Source of the DNA: a virus | Lineage: Duplodnaviria > Caudoviricetes | Length of the DNA stretch: 34,667 nt | Virus record (IMG/VR): IMGVR_UViG_3300024520_000267 | Span: 1-34,667 of that record | Reading direction: 5' to 3' (one strand) | Part shown: piece after piece, positions 18,797-28,082 of the stretch | Position numbering within the stretch: position 1 is the first letter of the stretch | How the letters are laid out: every line of letters starts with the position of its first letter | The notes under the pieces: model-generated | Told to the model about the DNA's origin: nothing | Databases searched by the model: none | What the model saw: only the letters and a program-made list of their open reading frames with translations | Made by a program: the position numbers and the translations under genes

Positions 18797-20913
18797 TGAC
18801 CGTTGATTTTAAAAGCCCAGTAAGTTCTACAAATGTAAACTCTGCATACATAAGCCGAAAAGAAGATTCAACATCTATCGGAAAGATCGACTTTCTAGAC
18901 ACTGGCGGAGTTCAAAACCCTTCACAGTTAGACGTTAAGAAAGACACGGAAGCGAATCTTATAACATACGCAGCAACGGCGACAGACGGACAGGTTTGCT
19001 TTTCAACGGACACGCTAAAGTTCTTCATTATTCATACAAGCATTTTAAACGAAGCCGGCGGCGGTGGTGGCGGTCTAGACGAATGGGTTTCGGCAGCACC
19101 TTATCTTGTCGGCGATATCGTTTGGCTTTCAACAACGAACACAATTTATAGATGTATCACTCTTAACTCTGACGTAACTTTCATATCTACTAACTGGCAA
19201 CGGTTATCAAACGACGCAACATTGTCTCTATATGATAATTCAACGTCAGGACTAGCGGCGACAAACACACAAGATGCAATCGACGAAGTAGAAAACAGAG
19301 TAGACACGAACGAAACAGATATAGCGAGCAACATAATTAACATCGATGAATTAGAGTCGAAAACAACGAACACTAAAAGAACCGAAGACTTTGAGGTTAA
19401 TCTTCCAAGTGCGGTCTACTCAGAAACGGGTGTGACTAATACGGTTGTTGATGAAACGACTACGCCTTTAGACGGCTCAACTTCTGCAAGCTTTACAATT
19501 ACGACGGGCGATAGTGGCGGCGAATTAATTGGTGCGGTTTACACAACACTTAAGCCGGTTGAATTTGAATTACAAGGACGTTTACTTGATTGGAAGTATG
19601 ACGGAGACAATGAAGATGTTTCACTTTTCATAGAAGAGTCAAGCGACGGTGTTGTTTATACAAACGCCTCGAAAGAGTTAAAGCTTCCAAGTACAGAAGC
19701 AAAGACTATTCAAGTTAATTTTCAACTTGAGCCAACGACAACACACTATAGACCGAAGTTCGTAATTAACACTGATAACGATACTAAGGTTATGGGGTGG
19801 ACAAACGAAAGAACAATATCAAACCCTAATCAATACATGTCACTTGTAAAAGAGAATACTTATAGTGCAAGAATTGCAAATAATGGAACGGCTACAGTAA
19901 CAAGCGACAACGAGTCTTTTGTCGACACGGCAGTAAGGACCTCTTTAGGAATAGTTAGGGTAACATTAAAGTCTGGGTTCTTTTCTGTACCTCCGTCTAT
20001 CGTTGCAACAGTTGAAAGTGACTACCATTTTAGAGCAGGGGTTAACCTAGTGTCTACCAATGTGTATGACATACAGTCGAATAATAGAACGGGCGTTTTG
20101 GCGGATAAAGACTTTAACATTTCTCTACAGCGTCAGCTACTAGACTACACAAGCCCCGAAACCGGAGTAGTATTTCAAGGGCAGACTTCTGAATTAGATA
20201 CAATTGCGTACACTCCTACTATTCAGGGAGCTACCGGCAATACAGGAGTAGATTTTACTTGGAGAAGAGAGGGTGACTCTCTCTATATTCAAGGTAAGTA
20301 TATAATCGGGACTACAAACGGCTCCGAGTTACAACTAGGGCTACCGACAGGGTTAACCATAAAAAGTGGACAACCTGTAAAGAATATAGGGACGTTAGGA
20401 AGAGGGGCAAACACAACAACTTCCTATCAAGTGCTTTCTACGGGTGGCGACAACTTTTTAAACGTTGCTGCTATGGGCGGCGGCGGTATGGGTCTTGCAC
20501 CTACTAACGGTAATTCGTTTTTTATTAACGGAGATGCGGTTTCATTTTATGCGACAGTGCCGATCGAAGGTTGGAAGGCTTCTGATATTCTTTATACAGT
20601 GGCAGGAGTAGGGCTTAAAAATAAAACAGGTGGGGCAGAATATCTTACAGGGGAAACTCTAGACGGAAAAAAGGTCTGGAAAGTGTATGTTTCTGCGAGT
20701 ACAGCAAGTGCCGCTTTGATAGCTACAGGAGTCGATAAGATAGTTTCACAAGGAGGTACATTTACAGTATCGCCAACAAACATCAAGCCAGTACCTTTTG
20801 ATAACGGAACAAATAGTTCATTCTTTTTATTCAGTAGCTCAAGTAATGAGATAACTTGGATTGCAGACGCTACCAGAGTGATAGACGCTTGGGTAACATA
20901 TACAAAGGTTTAA
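18796..20913 (+). CDS. tail fibre / receptor-binding protein
   Basis: 705 aa modular, Thr-rich; CBM5/12-like W....Y.VGD.V....IYRC; L.ATNTQDAIDEV fibre motif. Confidence 0.7.
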   Translation: MTVDFKSPVSSTNVNSAYISRKEDSTSIGKIDFLDTGGVQNPSQLDVKKDTEANLITYAATATDGQVCFSTDTLKFFIIHTSILNEAGGGGGGLDEWVSAAPYLVGDIVWLSTTNTIYRCITLNSDVTFISTNWQRLSNDATLSLYDNSTSGLAATNTQDAIDEVENRVDTNETDIASNIINIDELESKTTNTKRTEDFEVNLPSAVYSETGVTNTVVDETTTPLDGSTSASFTITTGDSGGELIGAVYTTLKPVEFELQGRLLDWKYDGDNEDVSLFIEESSDGVVYTNASKELKLPSTEAKTIQVNFQLEPTTTHYRPKFVINTDNDTKVMGWTNERTISNPNQYMSLVKENTYSARIANNGTATVTSDNESFVDTAVRTSLGIVRVTLKSGFFSVPPSIVATVESDYHFRAGVNLVSTNVYDIQSNNRTGVLADKDFNISLQRQLLDYTSPETGVVFQGQTSELDTIAYTPTIQGATGNTGVDFTWRREGDSLYIQGKYIIGTTNGSELQLGLPTGLTIKSGQPVKNIGTLGRGANTTTSYQVLSTGGDNFLNVAAMGGGGMGLAPTNGNSFFINGDAVSFYATVPIEGWKASDILYTVAGVGLKNKTGGAEYLTGETLDGKKVWKVYVSASTASAALIATGVDKIVSQGGTFTVSPTNIKPVPFDNGTNSSFFLFSSSSNEITWIADATRVIDAWVTYTKV

Positions 20914-20915
20914 TA

Positions 20916-21191
20916 ATGGACGCTTTAGAAGTTAGATTGATAGAAATTATTTTCGGCTTATTACTAGCGGCGGTTTGCTACTTTTTAAGCAGACTCATAG
21001 GAAAATTCGACGACTTAACGTTATCGGTTAATAGTCTACACACGGAAGTAAAGACCGAAATAGTTAAAAGAGAAACGGACTCGCTAAGAGTGGACGACCT
21101 TGCAAAGTCGATTCATAAAAACAACGGGCGAGTAATGAAGATAGAAACAAAGATAGCTAAGATTGAAACAATTATAAATATGGATAAATAA
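20916..21191 (+). CDS. single-TM coiled-coil protein, holin candidate
   Basis: Start ATG 20916; TM IIFGLLLAAVCYFL followed by coiled coil. Confidence 0.5.
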   Translation: MDALEVRLIEIIFGLLLAAVCYFLSRLIGKFDDLTLSVNSLHTEVKTEIVKRETDSLRVDDLAKSIHKNNGRVMKIETKIAKIETIINMDK

Positions 21192-23599
21192 TGGCTTATG
21201 TATTAACAGAAGCGGCAAAGCTCGCAGCGTCTCAAACGGCAAAGACTCCTAACTTAATAATAGATATTATAGGCGTTGGCGTATTTGGGTATTTTCAAGA
21301 CTTAAAGACGCTTAAGTTTGACGACGGGTATGACTTCGACGAGGGTTTATTTTTTGATACTCCCGTTCCGAATAATACAACATACCCTTTTGTTTCTAAA
21401 AGCAAGACCACTAAAAGACTAACTCAACAACTTAATCAAGATAAGGGTGGAACGGGTTCAATCCCTTCTATGAAAGTTTCGCTTATAGACTATCGCGGAA
21501 TAGTGACGGACCTTATCGGAACTAAGGAACTTCTCGGCGTTAAATGTAACGCTTACTTATCTTTTGACGGTTTAGAGCATCCTAAAGACTCTATAAGAAT
21601 ATTCTCAGGAGTTATCAACGGCGTTGAAAGTTTAGCCGGCGAATATGTTATTACAATCGACAATCCCGACTCTCTTAAAAGACAAGAGTTGTTTATTCAA
21701 TACGTGGACGAGCTAACGGCTCCAATAGATAACGTCGCAACTGCTTTACAGGTAAGAGATAACGCGAATTTTATCGGCTCTCAGGCGGAGTTAACATCGT
21801 ATTTGAGAGTTGACGACGAGATAATGAGAGTGAATATCATCGGCGGTAGTTCAACGGACTTCGCTCAAGTGACACGTGGAGAGCTTGGAACCACTCCGGC
21901 GGCGCATGATGATGAAGCGGAAATAGTTAGTGTTTATAGACTTGTCGGCAATCCTATTGAGTTAGCTCTTGCAATCATGTTATCTAAAAATTCAAGCGAC
22001 GGATATTATGAAACGGATGCCTTTAGTTTTGAAGATATCGGAAGTCAAACGTTTACAAATTCAATAATCATAGAAGAGTTTAATGTAGCAGACGAGCAAT
22101 CTATCACAGCCGGAGATATCGCAGAGATTAAAAACTCTAATGGTGTCGATGGACAATATTTAATTCTAGATGTTGGGGTCGTTAGTGACGATTTTAGTTT
22201 TGTCAAAATTGACGGGTTTATTAGCCCGTCACAATATCAAATCGGTACAACGGTCGAGTTTTTCTCGCAATATAATAGTCTCTCCGAAGGGTGCGGCATG
22301 TCTCCAGACGAGGTGGATGTTGCTCAACATAAATTAATAGACGGCACCTTCGGCGCTCAATTTCCGACCGTAGATGTGTTGCTAGACGACACAATTAATG
22401 CGAAAGATTTTATCGAGAAAGAGTTGTACGCGCCGATTGCAGCATATTTTATACCAAGAAAAGGAAGAGCTTCGGTAGGCTATACCGCTCCGGCGGTTGC
22501 AGGAGAAGGCTCTATAACTTTGAGTGCTGACAATATTTCTAAAGCGTCTAAAATCAAAGTTAAAAGAAGTACAAACAAAAACTTTTACAACTCGGTTATA
22601 TATAAGTTTGGATATGATATTGTTCGAAACAAGTTTACCGATAATATTATTTCTACAAGTGAAGATTCTGTTAATAGAATTAGAACAGGTTCGACACCGT
22701 TAACAATAGAAACGAAGTCATACGCCGCTGGAGATATTAACAGAAACTTCTTTAGTTCATTATCATTAAGGCTATTGGATCGCTATAGATTCGCCGCTAC
22801 ACACTTCACGGTAGAACCGAGTTACGGAATAGGATACGGCGTCGAAGTCGGAGACATATTACTTCTCGACGGTACAGAGTTACAAATATATGACTCTAAT
22901 ACAGGTAGGCGTGACACCTTTAAGAGATTGATGGAAGTTACAAACAAGACTCTCGATATTACATCGGGAAAAGTGTCGTTAGAAATGACAGACACCAATT
23001 TCGCTTTAACGGGAAGATATTGCTCAGTAAGTCCCTCGTCGTATATAGATAGCGGATCAACTACTACAAGATTGAAGATAAAGAAATCTTTCGGTACGTC
23101 AGCTTTAGAGAATGAGTTTGAAAAATGGACGCCGTATGCCGGTCAGCCAATACAAGTGAGAGATGTTGGCTTCACTTTTCAAGAGACGATTACGTTTATT
23201 GGTATAGACCCGACTGACGTTAATTTTATGCTAGTAAGTGCGCTCTCAATAGCACCGAGCGAAGATTATATTATTGAGTTTCCTACATACGATGAATCAA
23301 GCGACTTCAACAAGCTTTTACATGGATCATTAAGCCCGAGAATTGATATTGTCTCAGGTGTAGATAATTTCTCATTTGACGTATCGCCCTCGGATATAGG
23401 AAAATTCTTTGTAGGCTCTGTTTTGGATATACATACATATTCTTTTGCAGGAGATAGGGCGGAAAACGCGGTTATAGAAAGTATATCTACCAACACAATT
23501 ACAGTGACAGAAAGTCTTGGCTTCACGCCGGACAATACATATTCAATAGATAAGATCGGGTTCTCAAGTGATAACGGCGAGTTTTATTTATATTTCTAG
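21191..23599 (+). CDS. tail tip / baseplate hub protein
   Basis: 802 aa; IFSGVI, VDDEIM, RGELGT..AAH and VEVGDILL motifs typical of tail tip proteins. Confidence 0.7.
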   Translation: MAYVLTEAAKLAASQTAKTPNLIIDIIGVGVFGYFQDLKTLKFDDGYDFDEGLFFDTPVPNNTTYPFVSKSKTTKRLTQQLNQDKGGTGSIPSMKVSLIDYRGIVTDLIGTKELLGVKCNAYLSFDGLEHPKDSIRIFSGVINGVESLAGEYVITIDNPDSLKRQELFIQYVDELTAPIDNVATALQVRDNANFIGSQAELTSYLRVDDEIMRVNIIGGSSTDFAQVTRGELGTTPAAHDDEAEIVSVYRLVGNPIELALAIMLSKNSSDGYYETDAFSFEDIGSQTFTNSIIIEEFNVADEQSITAGDIAEIKNSNGVDGQYLILDVGVVSDDFSFVKIDGFISPSQYQIGTTVEFFSQYNSLSEGCGMSPDEVDVAQHKLIDGTFGAQFPTVDVLLDDTINAKDFIEKELYAPIAAYFIPRKGRASVGYTAPAVAGEGSITLSADNISKASKIKVKRSTNKNFYNSVIYKFGYDIVRNKFTDNIISTSEDSVNRIRTGSTPLTIETKSYAAGDINRNFFSSLSLRLLDRYRFAATHFTVEPSYGIGYGVEVGDILLLDGTELQIYDSNTGRRDTFKRLMEVTNKTLDITSGKVSLEMTDTNFALTGRYCSVSPSSYIDSGSTTTRLKIKKSFGTSALENEFEKWTPYAGQPIQVRDVGFTFQETITFIGIDPTDVNFMLVSALSIAPSEDYIIEFPTYDESSDFNKLLHGSLSPRIDIVSGVDNFSFDVSPSDIGKFFVGSVLDIHTYSFAGDRAENAVIESISTNTITVTESLGFTPDNTYSIDKIGFSSDNGEFYLYF

Positions 23600-23608
23600 G
23601 AGATAGGA

Positions 23609-24160
23609 ATGGCAGATATACCAAGTGCATTGACGAAAATACAGATAGAGGAAACGAAATATAAGGCGGCAATTTCAGAAGCTTCAATGACGCGTATGGG
23701 CGGAGTTATCAATTACATGATAGATCAGTTTGTATCTATACCGTTGACGACCTTATCTAGACAAATTTCGGATAACACGGGGAATATAGCCTTTAATCAA
23801 AAGATTTATTTACCAATTAATTTTATAATTAAGGCTGTGAGTTTTCAAAGTATACAAGGCTCTTTTGCAGGAGTCGGCACCACTTCGTTTGATATTAGAA
23901 TTAACGGTGTGACTTCTATATTTAGTGCTCCCGTATCAAACGCTATGAACGGAGTGGCAGCAAGAGAAACTTCTTTCATGAAAACAAACTCTACAGATTT
24001 CTCTGGTGATTTTTCTTTAAATGTCACGGGTACGGAGACTTTAAATTCAGGGGTAGTGTTGAGCGCAGGAGACTACTTGGAGGTTTTCTTTACCGTAACA
24101 GGTAACGCTTTTCAAAACACGGCGGCGGTTGAAATATTAGGCAACAAAGATTTTCCATAG
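23609..24160 (+). CDS. minor tail / small receptor-binding protein
   Basis: Follows the hub; beta-rich C-terminal domain (FDIRING...LSAGDYLEV). Confidence 0.55.
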   Translation: MADIPSALTKIQIEETKYKAAISEASMTRMGGVINYMIDQFVSIPLTTLSRQISDNTGNIAFNQKIYLPINFIIKAVSFQSIQGSFAGVGTTSFDIRINGVTSIFSAPVSNAMNGVAARETSFMKTNSTDFSGDFSLNVTGTETLNSGVVLSAGDYLEVFFTVTGNAFQNTAAVEILGNKDFP

Positions 24161-24169
24161 GAGGAATAG

Positions 24170-24385
24170 ATGAAAGAACAAGTATTATTAAAAGTAAAAG
24201 AAATGTTAAAAGAAGAAGGTAAAGCTGAACTTATGGAGTTCGCAGAAGACCTTGCAATGATTTGTTACAAGATTGTAGTTATCATCGTAGAAGAATCTGA
24301 AACGAAACTAGACGATGTTGTTCTTGCGGCGCTTGACGGTGTTATCAAAAAAGCAATCGACAAGCTAGACGGAAAAGAAGAATAG
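24170..24385 (+). CDS. hypothetical protein in the lysis region
   Basis: AGGAGG upstream; ETKLDDVVL motif. Confidence 0.7.
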   Translation: MKEQVLLKVKEMLKEEGKAELMEFAEDLAMICYKIVVIIVEESETKLDDVVLAALDGVIKKAIDKLDGKEE

Positions 24386-24386
24386 T

Positions 24387-24563
24387 ATGCAAGCAATCGG
24401 CAAATGGTTCCTAGAATATATTGTTAAATACTTAATAGGACTTATTGCCGATGCAGTCGAGGCTTATAAAGTTAAGAAAGAAACAAAGAAGAAAGTTAAG
24501 GAAGCGAATGAAAACGAAGACCGTTTACAGGCTGCCAAAGATATTAAAGATATTCTCAGATAG
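24387..24563 (+). CDS. i-spanin candidate (58 aa, not in ORF track)
   Basis: MQAIGKWFLEYIVKYLIGLIADAVEAY followed by a charged helix; overlaps the lipoprotein gene. Confidence 0.5.
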   Translation: MQAIGKWFLEYIVKYLIGLIADAVEAYKVKKETKKKVKEANENEDRLQAAKDIKDILR

Positions 24564-24858
24564 CCCTTGTAGGGTTATTTTGTCTATCTCCATAGCCGCC
24601 GTACTTCTCACAGGGTGCGGCGGTTCTATCAAGTGGCGCCCGAATATTTACGTACATGATTACGAGAATAAGCTTATTTTAGACGCGGATAACAATAAGG
24701 TTGCGTGTAATAGTAAAGAGTTTAACAATTACGTTTCTATGTCGATTGACGATCTTGGCGAACTTGCTTTCGTTGTACATAATGCAAAAATGCCGCGAAA
24801 GGTACGAAGAAAATTAAAGAAGATAATTAAGGCGTATGAACTATCTGAGATAGAATAA
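24508..24858 (+). CDS. lipoprotein, o-spanin candidate
   Basis: VILSISIAAVLLTG-C lipobox; start ATG 24508 with AAGGA upstream. Confidence 0.6.
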   Translation: MKTKTVYRLPKILKIFSDSPCRVILSISIAAVLLTGCGGSIKWRPNIYVHDYENKLILDADNNKVACNSKEFNNYVSMSIDDLGELAFVVHNAKMPRKVRRKLKKIIKAYELSEIE

Positions 24859-24920
24859 AAAAGAGTCTCGGCAAACAACCCTTTCTACACACATCATATA
24901 TAATAAAAGCCGATATTTAA

Positions 24921-25535
24921 TTACTTAGTTAGTTTATATAGCTCATCATAAACCGCCGCTAAAGCTTTCGGCTCAATCCAATCTTTGTCGTTATCAATGA
25001 AAAAATTCTCCGACAGTATTGCTACTTTCATTCCGGCTTTTCTAGCAGCGTAAAGATTCGCATAACCACGGTCACCACTTTGAACAGTCTTCAAACCTCT
25101 ATTGTGCATATTCGGGAAATGTTTCTCCATAATACTGAGATATAGTTGAGCGTATATTTCACTCGTCTTATCTCCGGCTAGAATTAAGCATTCAAAACCG
25201 CCAACTCTCTTATTATACGCGTTTTCGTGCGGTTCAATAGAGAAGTTAACGCCCATATCCGCAAGTTCCCCGTATGCTTTAGCTAGTTGCCCTCTAATAT
25301 TAAGACGCGTTGTCCACTTAAAAGGTGTAGCGAGTTCACGATACATAAGAGCGAAGTATCCGAACTCTGATACGTTCTTAGTCTTATTAACTGCACCTTG
25401 AGCATAATTATTATGAGGTCTAACGAAGCCCATCTCTAATTTACTTGGGAGCTTCGCCGGAGTAATTACTTTTCTATCCGCTTTCTTTTTTACTTTGTGC
25501 CATAATTTTTTAAACTTTCGCTTTAACCATTTCAT
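24921..25535 (-). CDS. N-acetylmuramoyl-L-alanine amidase (Amidase_3-like endolysin)
   Basis: H...QGAV...SE, H.NA...GGFE, NRGLK, AILSENFFIDN motifs. Confidence 0.85.
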   Translation of the reverse strand: MKWLKRKFKKLWHKVKKKADRKVITPAKLPSKLEMGFVRPHNNYAQGAVNKTKNVSEFGYFALMYRELATPFKWTTRLNIRGQLAKAYGELADMGVNFSIEPHENAYNKRVGGFECLILAGDKTSEIYAQLYLSIMEKHFPNMHNRGLKTVQSGDRGYANLYAARKAGMKVAILSENFFIDNDKDWIEPKALAAVYDELYKLTK

Positions 25536-25560
25536 ACTAACTCCTTTTAGTTATGGGTTG

Positions 25561-26409
25561 TTAATTATCTTCCGTCGTTTTGTTTTCAATTCCGCAAAGT
25601 ATTTTAACTATAACATCAACAGTCCAACTATTACCAAGCGCTCTACACCTCTGAGAATCGCTAGCCGCGCTTGTGTAATTATCAGGAACGGTTTGCAATC
25701 TCTCGCACTCTATAGGCGTTAAATATCTCTCTTTGTTTCCATTAATAATAATATTATCTTTTCTAACGGTGGTTAAGCAATTAGAGGTTGCCGTGTCTTT
25801 ATTTAGTTCGACCCTTTGTATAATAGGTATATCTAACCTGTTGTCAGCGCGTTTGCCGTTTAATATTCGCCTTCCCACGCGCCTCGCCCCTAATCCAGAG
25901 ACCTCTAATATGTCGTTTAATTTATGTTTTTTTGGTGTTGTGTGAACATAAGGAATATTAGTCCAATACAGTCTCACTCTTTTTTGAGGGGAGACGCTTA
26001 AGCTGTTTATAATTAAAGGCTCTACACCTAGAAAACTGCTAATTACGTCTTGATATTGTTTCTGCATCAGTACATTTTCTAAGATAAAATACTTCGGCTT
26101 AATCGCGTCTAACACCTTAACAAACTCAAAAAAAAGAACGCTACGAGAATCTTTAAAGTTTAACTCTTTTCCGGCGAAACTAAAGCCTTGACAAGGGGAG
26201 CCGCCTAAAAGCAAGCCAACATCCTTTAAGTGTTTTGTCTTTATTTTCCGCACATCGCCTAGTTGGATAGTGTTTGGATAGTTTTCTTGTGTGATTTTTA
26301 TAGCGTGCTTATCTACTTCACTGGCGTAATAATTATTATATTTAATATTCGCCCTATTTAAAGCTATTTGTCCGCAAGATATACCGTCGAAAAGGCTTAA
26401 TACGTTCAA
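25561..26409 (-). CDS. DNA (cytosine-5) methyltransferase
   Basis: SLFDG, GGSPCQGFS, ENV, Q.R.R.YW, ECERLQ and LGNSW motifs; TTG start. Confidence 0.95.
   Translation of the reverse strand: MNVLSLFDGISCGQIALNRANIKYNNYYASEVDKHAIKITQENYPNTIQLGDVRKIKTKHLKDVGLLLGGSPCQGFSFAGKELNFKDSRSVLFFEFVKVLDAIKPKYFILENVLMQKQYQDVISSFLGVEPLIINSLSVSPQKRVRLYWTNIPYVHTTPKKHKLNDILEVSGLGARRVGRRILNGKRADNRLDIPIIQRVELNKDTATSNCLTTVRKDNIIINGNKERYLTPIECERLQTVPDNYTSAASDSQRCRALGNSWTVDVIVKILCGIENKTTEDN
25573..25589. repeat. 17-bp direct repeat, copy 1 (CGTCGTTTTGTTTTCAA)
   Basis: Identical to 26421-26437; the pair brackets the methyltransferase gene. Confidence 0.9.
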
Positions 26410-26585
26410 TTACAATCCTTCGTCGTTTTGTTTTCAAACCCCGTTACTTGATCGAGATATCTATCTATGTAACACTTCTCTCGTTTCTTTACAGGAGTGT
26501 TTGTTGGAACCCATATACCGTCTTTCTCGAAGTCGTGGTCGTGCGGCTCGCTGTCTTTTTCGTGTTCCTTGTCAAAATCTGCCAT
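26406..26585 (-). CDS. hypothetical protein (59 aa, not in ORF track)
   Basis: MADFDKEHEKDSEPHDHDFEKDGIW...GFENKTTKDCN; GAGGG upstream; TTGA overlap with the methyltransferase start. Confidence 0.6.
   Translation of the reverse strand: MADFDKEHEKDSEPHDHDFEKDGIWVPTNTPVKKREKCYIDRYLDQVTGFENKTTKDCN
26421..26437. repeat. 17-bp direct repeat, copy 2
   Basis: Identical to 25573-25589. Confidence 0.9.
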
Positions 26586-27127
26586 ATATCCCTCATTACT
26601 AAAGTGTCCGACTTTGCATCATGGTGGTTAAGCTCTAAATTAAACTGCTCCGCCAAATGCTTTAATCCTCTTTTCTTTATTCCGGCTTTCTTTGCTAGAT
26701 CAATTGTAGACTCTCGCACACTCAACGGAAAGAGTTTATAAAACTCATAATGGTTCCCATGTTTTCGAAAGGTCAATTCTAGATAATAATAATCTATCCA
26801 CGCCCACGCTCGTTTCTTTCTATCGTTATCAAACCAACTATTACTAGTAGTCTGCATTACCATTTTCGTACAAGGATATTTTTCTCCTAATTCTAGAAGA
26901 CTCGCACACATCTCTTTCGGATGCGGATATAAAGAGGCTTCGGTGTATGATATACCGTGTATGTCCTCAGCTTCCGACTCCCAATATTTTCTACTTTGCA
27001 CCTGACACCGAAATTCTTTCTCGTAGACCGTTTCGTTTTGCTCGTTATCTATTACAAGATACATAACAAGTATATCGCCACTGATCGGATCGAGGTTAGA
27101 AAATTCGGTATCAAGAAAATAAATCAT
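26489..27127 (-). CDS. DEDDh 3'-5' exonuclease (DnaQ-like)
   Basis: FLDTEF, IHGIS, HHDAKSD motifs. Confidence 0.85.
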   Translation of the reverse strand: MIYFLDTEFSNLDPISGDILVMYLVIDNEQNETVYEKEFRCQVQSRKYWESEAEDIHGISYTEASLYPHPKEMCASLLELGEKYPCTKMVMQTTSNSWFDNDRKKRAWAWIDYYYLELTFRKHGNHYEFYKLFPLSVRESTIDLAKKAGIKKRGLKHLAEQFNLELNHHDAKSDTLVMRDIWQILTRNTKKTASRTTTTSRKTVYGFQQTLL

Positions 27128-27751
27128 CTATAATATAAACTCTCGGTTCAATCCGTCTAACGCTTCTGTTAACTCATCTACTGTAAACTTATTAAGTCCG
27201 GCGCTGCTTTTTATTCCTAAGAATTTTAAAACCGCGTCCTTACTATGATCGTCGATAGCCTTTACTGCACGTGCTTTCACACTTTCTAAAAGTTTCGTTT
27301 TCGGCGCTGCTTTATCATAAATAACGATATTGGTTTTTACTTCTGCAGCTACTCTATTGTCTTGAGTGTCCGCGTCTTTATTATCGTCGATGCAAAACAA
27401 ACCGTTAAGAGCGTACTTTCTAGCATAAGAACTTGTCGCGCCTGTTAATTGTGCAGGGTCCATTCCTTTTTTACTCTCCGCCTCTCTTGCAAAGCCGTCT
27501 ACAGAAATAAAGTTTTCGTTATCTCCAAACGACGCCGTTGCCTTAATATAATAACGGTCGCCAATAAGAACTACTTGATCGGTTACAGTAACAAAGTAAT
27601 CACTATCCGAAAGATATGGCTTAACCGCCTCAAGAATATCTTCGCAACTTCTATAATTATAGTTACCAAACATATTGGTTTGAGTCTTAGCAGCTTTTAA
27701 ATTAGATTGTATGAAACATAACGCTTTTGATAACTCTTTATTAGAACTCAT
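27128..27751 (-). CDS. ERF-family single-strand annealing recombinase
   Basis: YNYRSCEDILEAVKP and AQLTGATSSYARKYAL motifs. Confidence 0.9.
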   Translation of the reverse strand: MSSNKELSKALCFIQSNLKAAKTQTNMFGNYNYRSCEDILEAVKPYLSDSDYFVTVTDQVVLIGDRYYIKATASFGDNENFISVDGFAREAESKKGMDPAQLTGATSSYARKYALNGLFCIDDNKDADTQDNRVAAEVKTNIVIYDKAAPKTKLLESVKARAVKAIDDHSKDAVLKFLGIKSSAGLNKFTVDELTEALDGLNREFIL

Positions 27752-28082
27752 TATCGGTTACCTGAGAAGCCGGAACGCTTCCGATGAAGTTCATGTTTTG
27801 AATTACGATTTCAGTTGTATATTTCGTAACTCCATCTTTTTCGTAAGAGTCATAAGAAAGTTTGCCCTCGACATATACTTCGCGACCTTTCTTTAGATAG
27901 CTCATACATATTTCGGCGAGTCTTCCAAATGCTTTTATGTTATGAAATTCGGTACGCTCTTGTTTTTGTCCGGCTTTGTCGGTCCATGTTTCGTTAGTAG
28001 CTAAGCCGAACGCACACGCGGTTCCTCTAGCTTCTGGGTCTCTTGTTAAGTTTCCAATTAGAATTACTTTGTTCACGCTCAT
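27741..28082 (-). CDS. ssb: single-stranded DNA-binding protein
   Basis: NKVILIGNLTRDPE, TEFH, YLKKG.EVYVEGKL; short tail ending DNEF. Confidence 0.95.
   Translation of the reverse strand: MSVNKVILIGNLTRDPEARGTACAFGLATNETWTDKAGQKQERTEFHNIKAFGRLAEICMSYLKKGREVYVEGKLSYDSYEKDGVTKYTTEIVIQNMNFIGSVPASQVTDNEF

Noticed and set aside
6157-24027. Many minus-strand ORFs inside structural genes (e.g. 6157-6525, 7327-7614, 13832-14215, 16961-17245)
   Set aside because: Antisense shadows of well-supported + strand genes, with no motifs.
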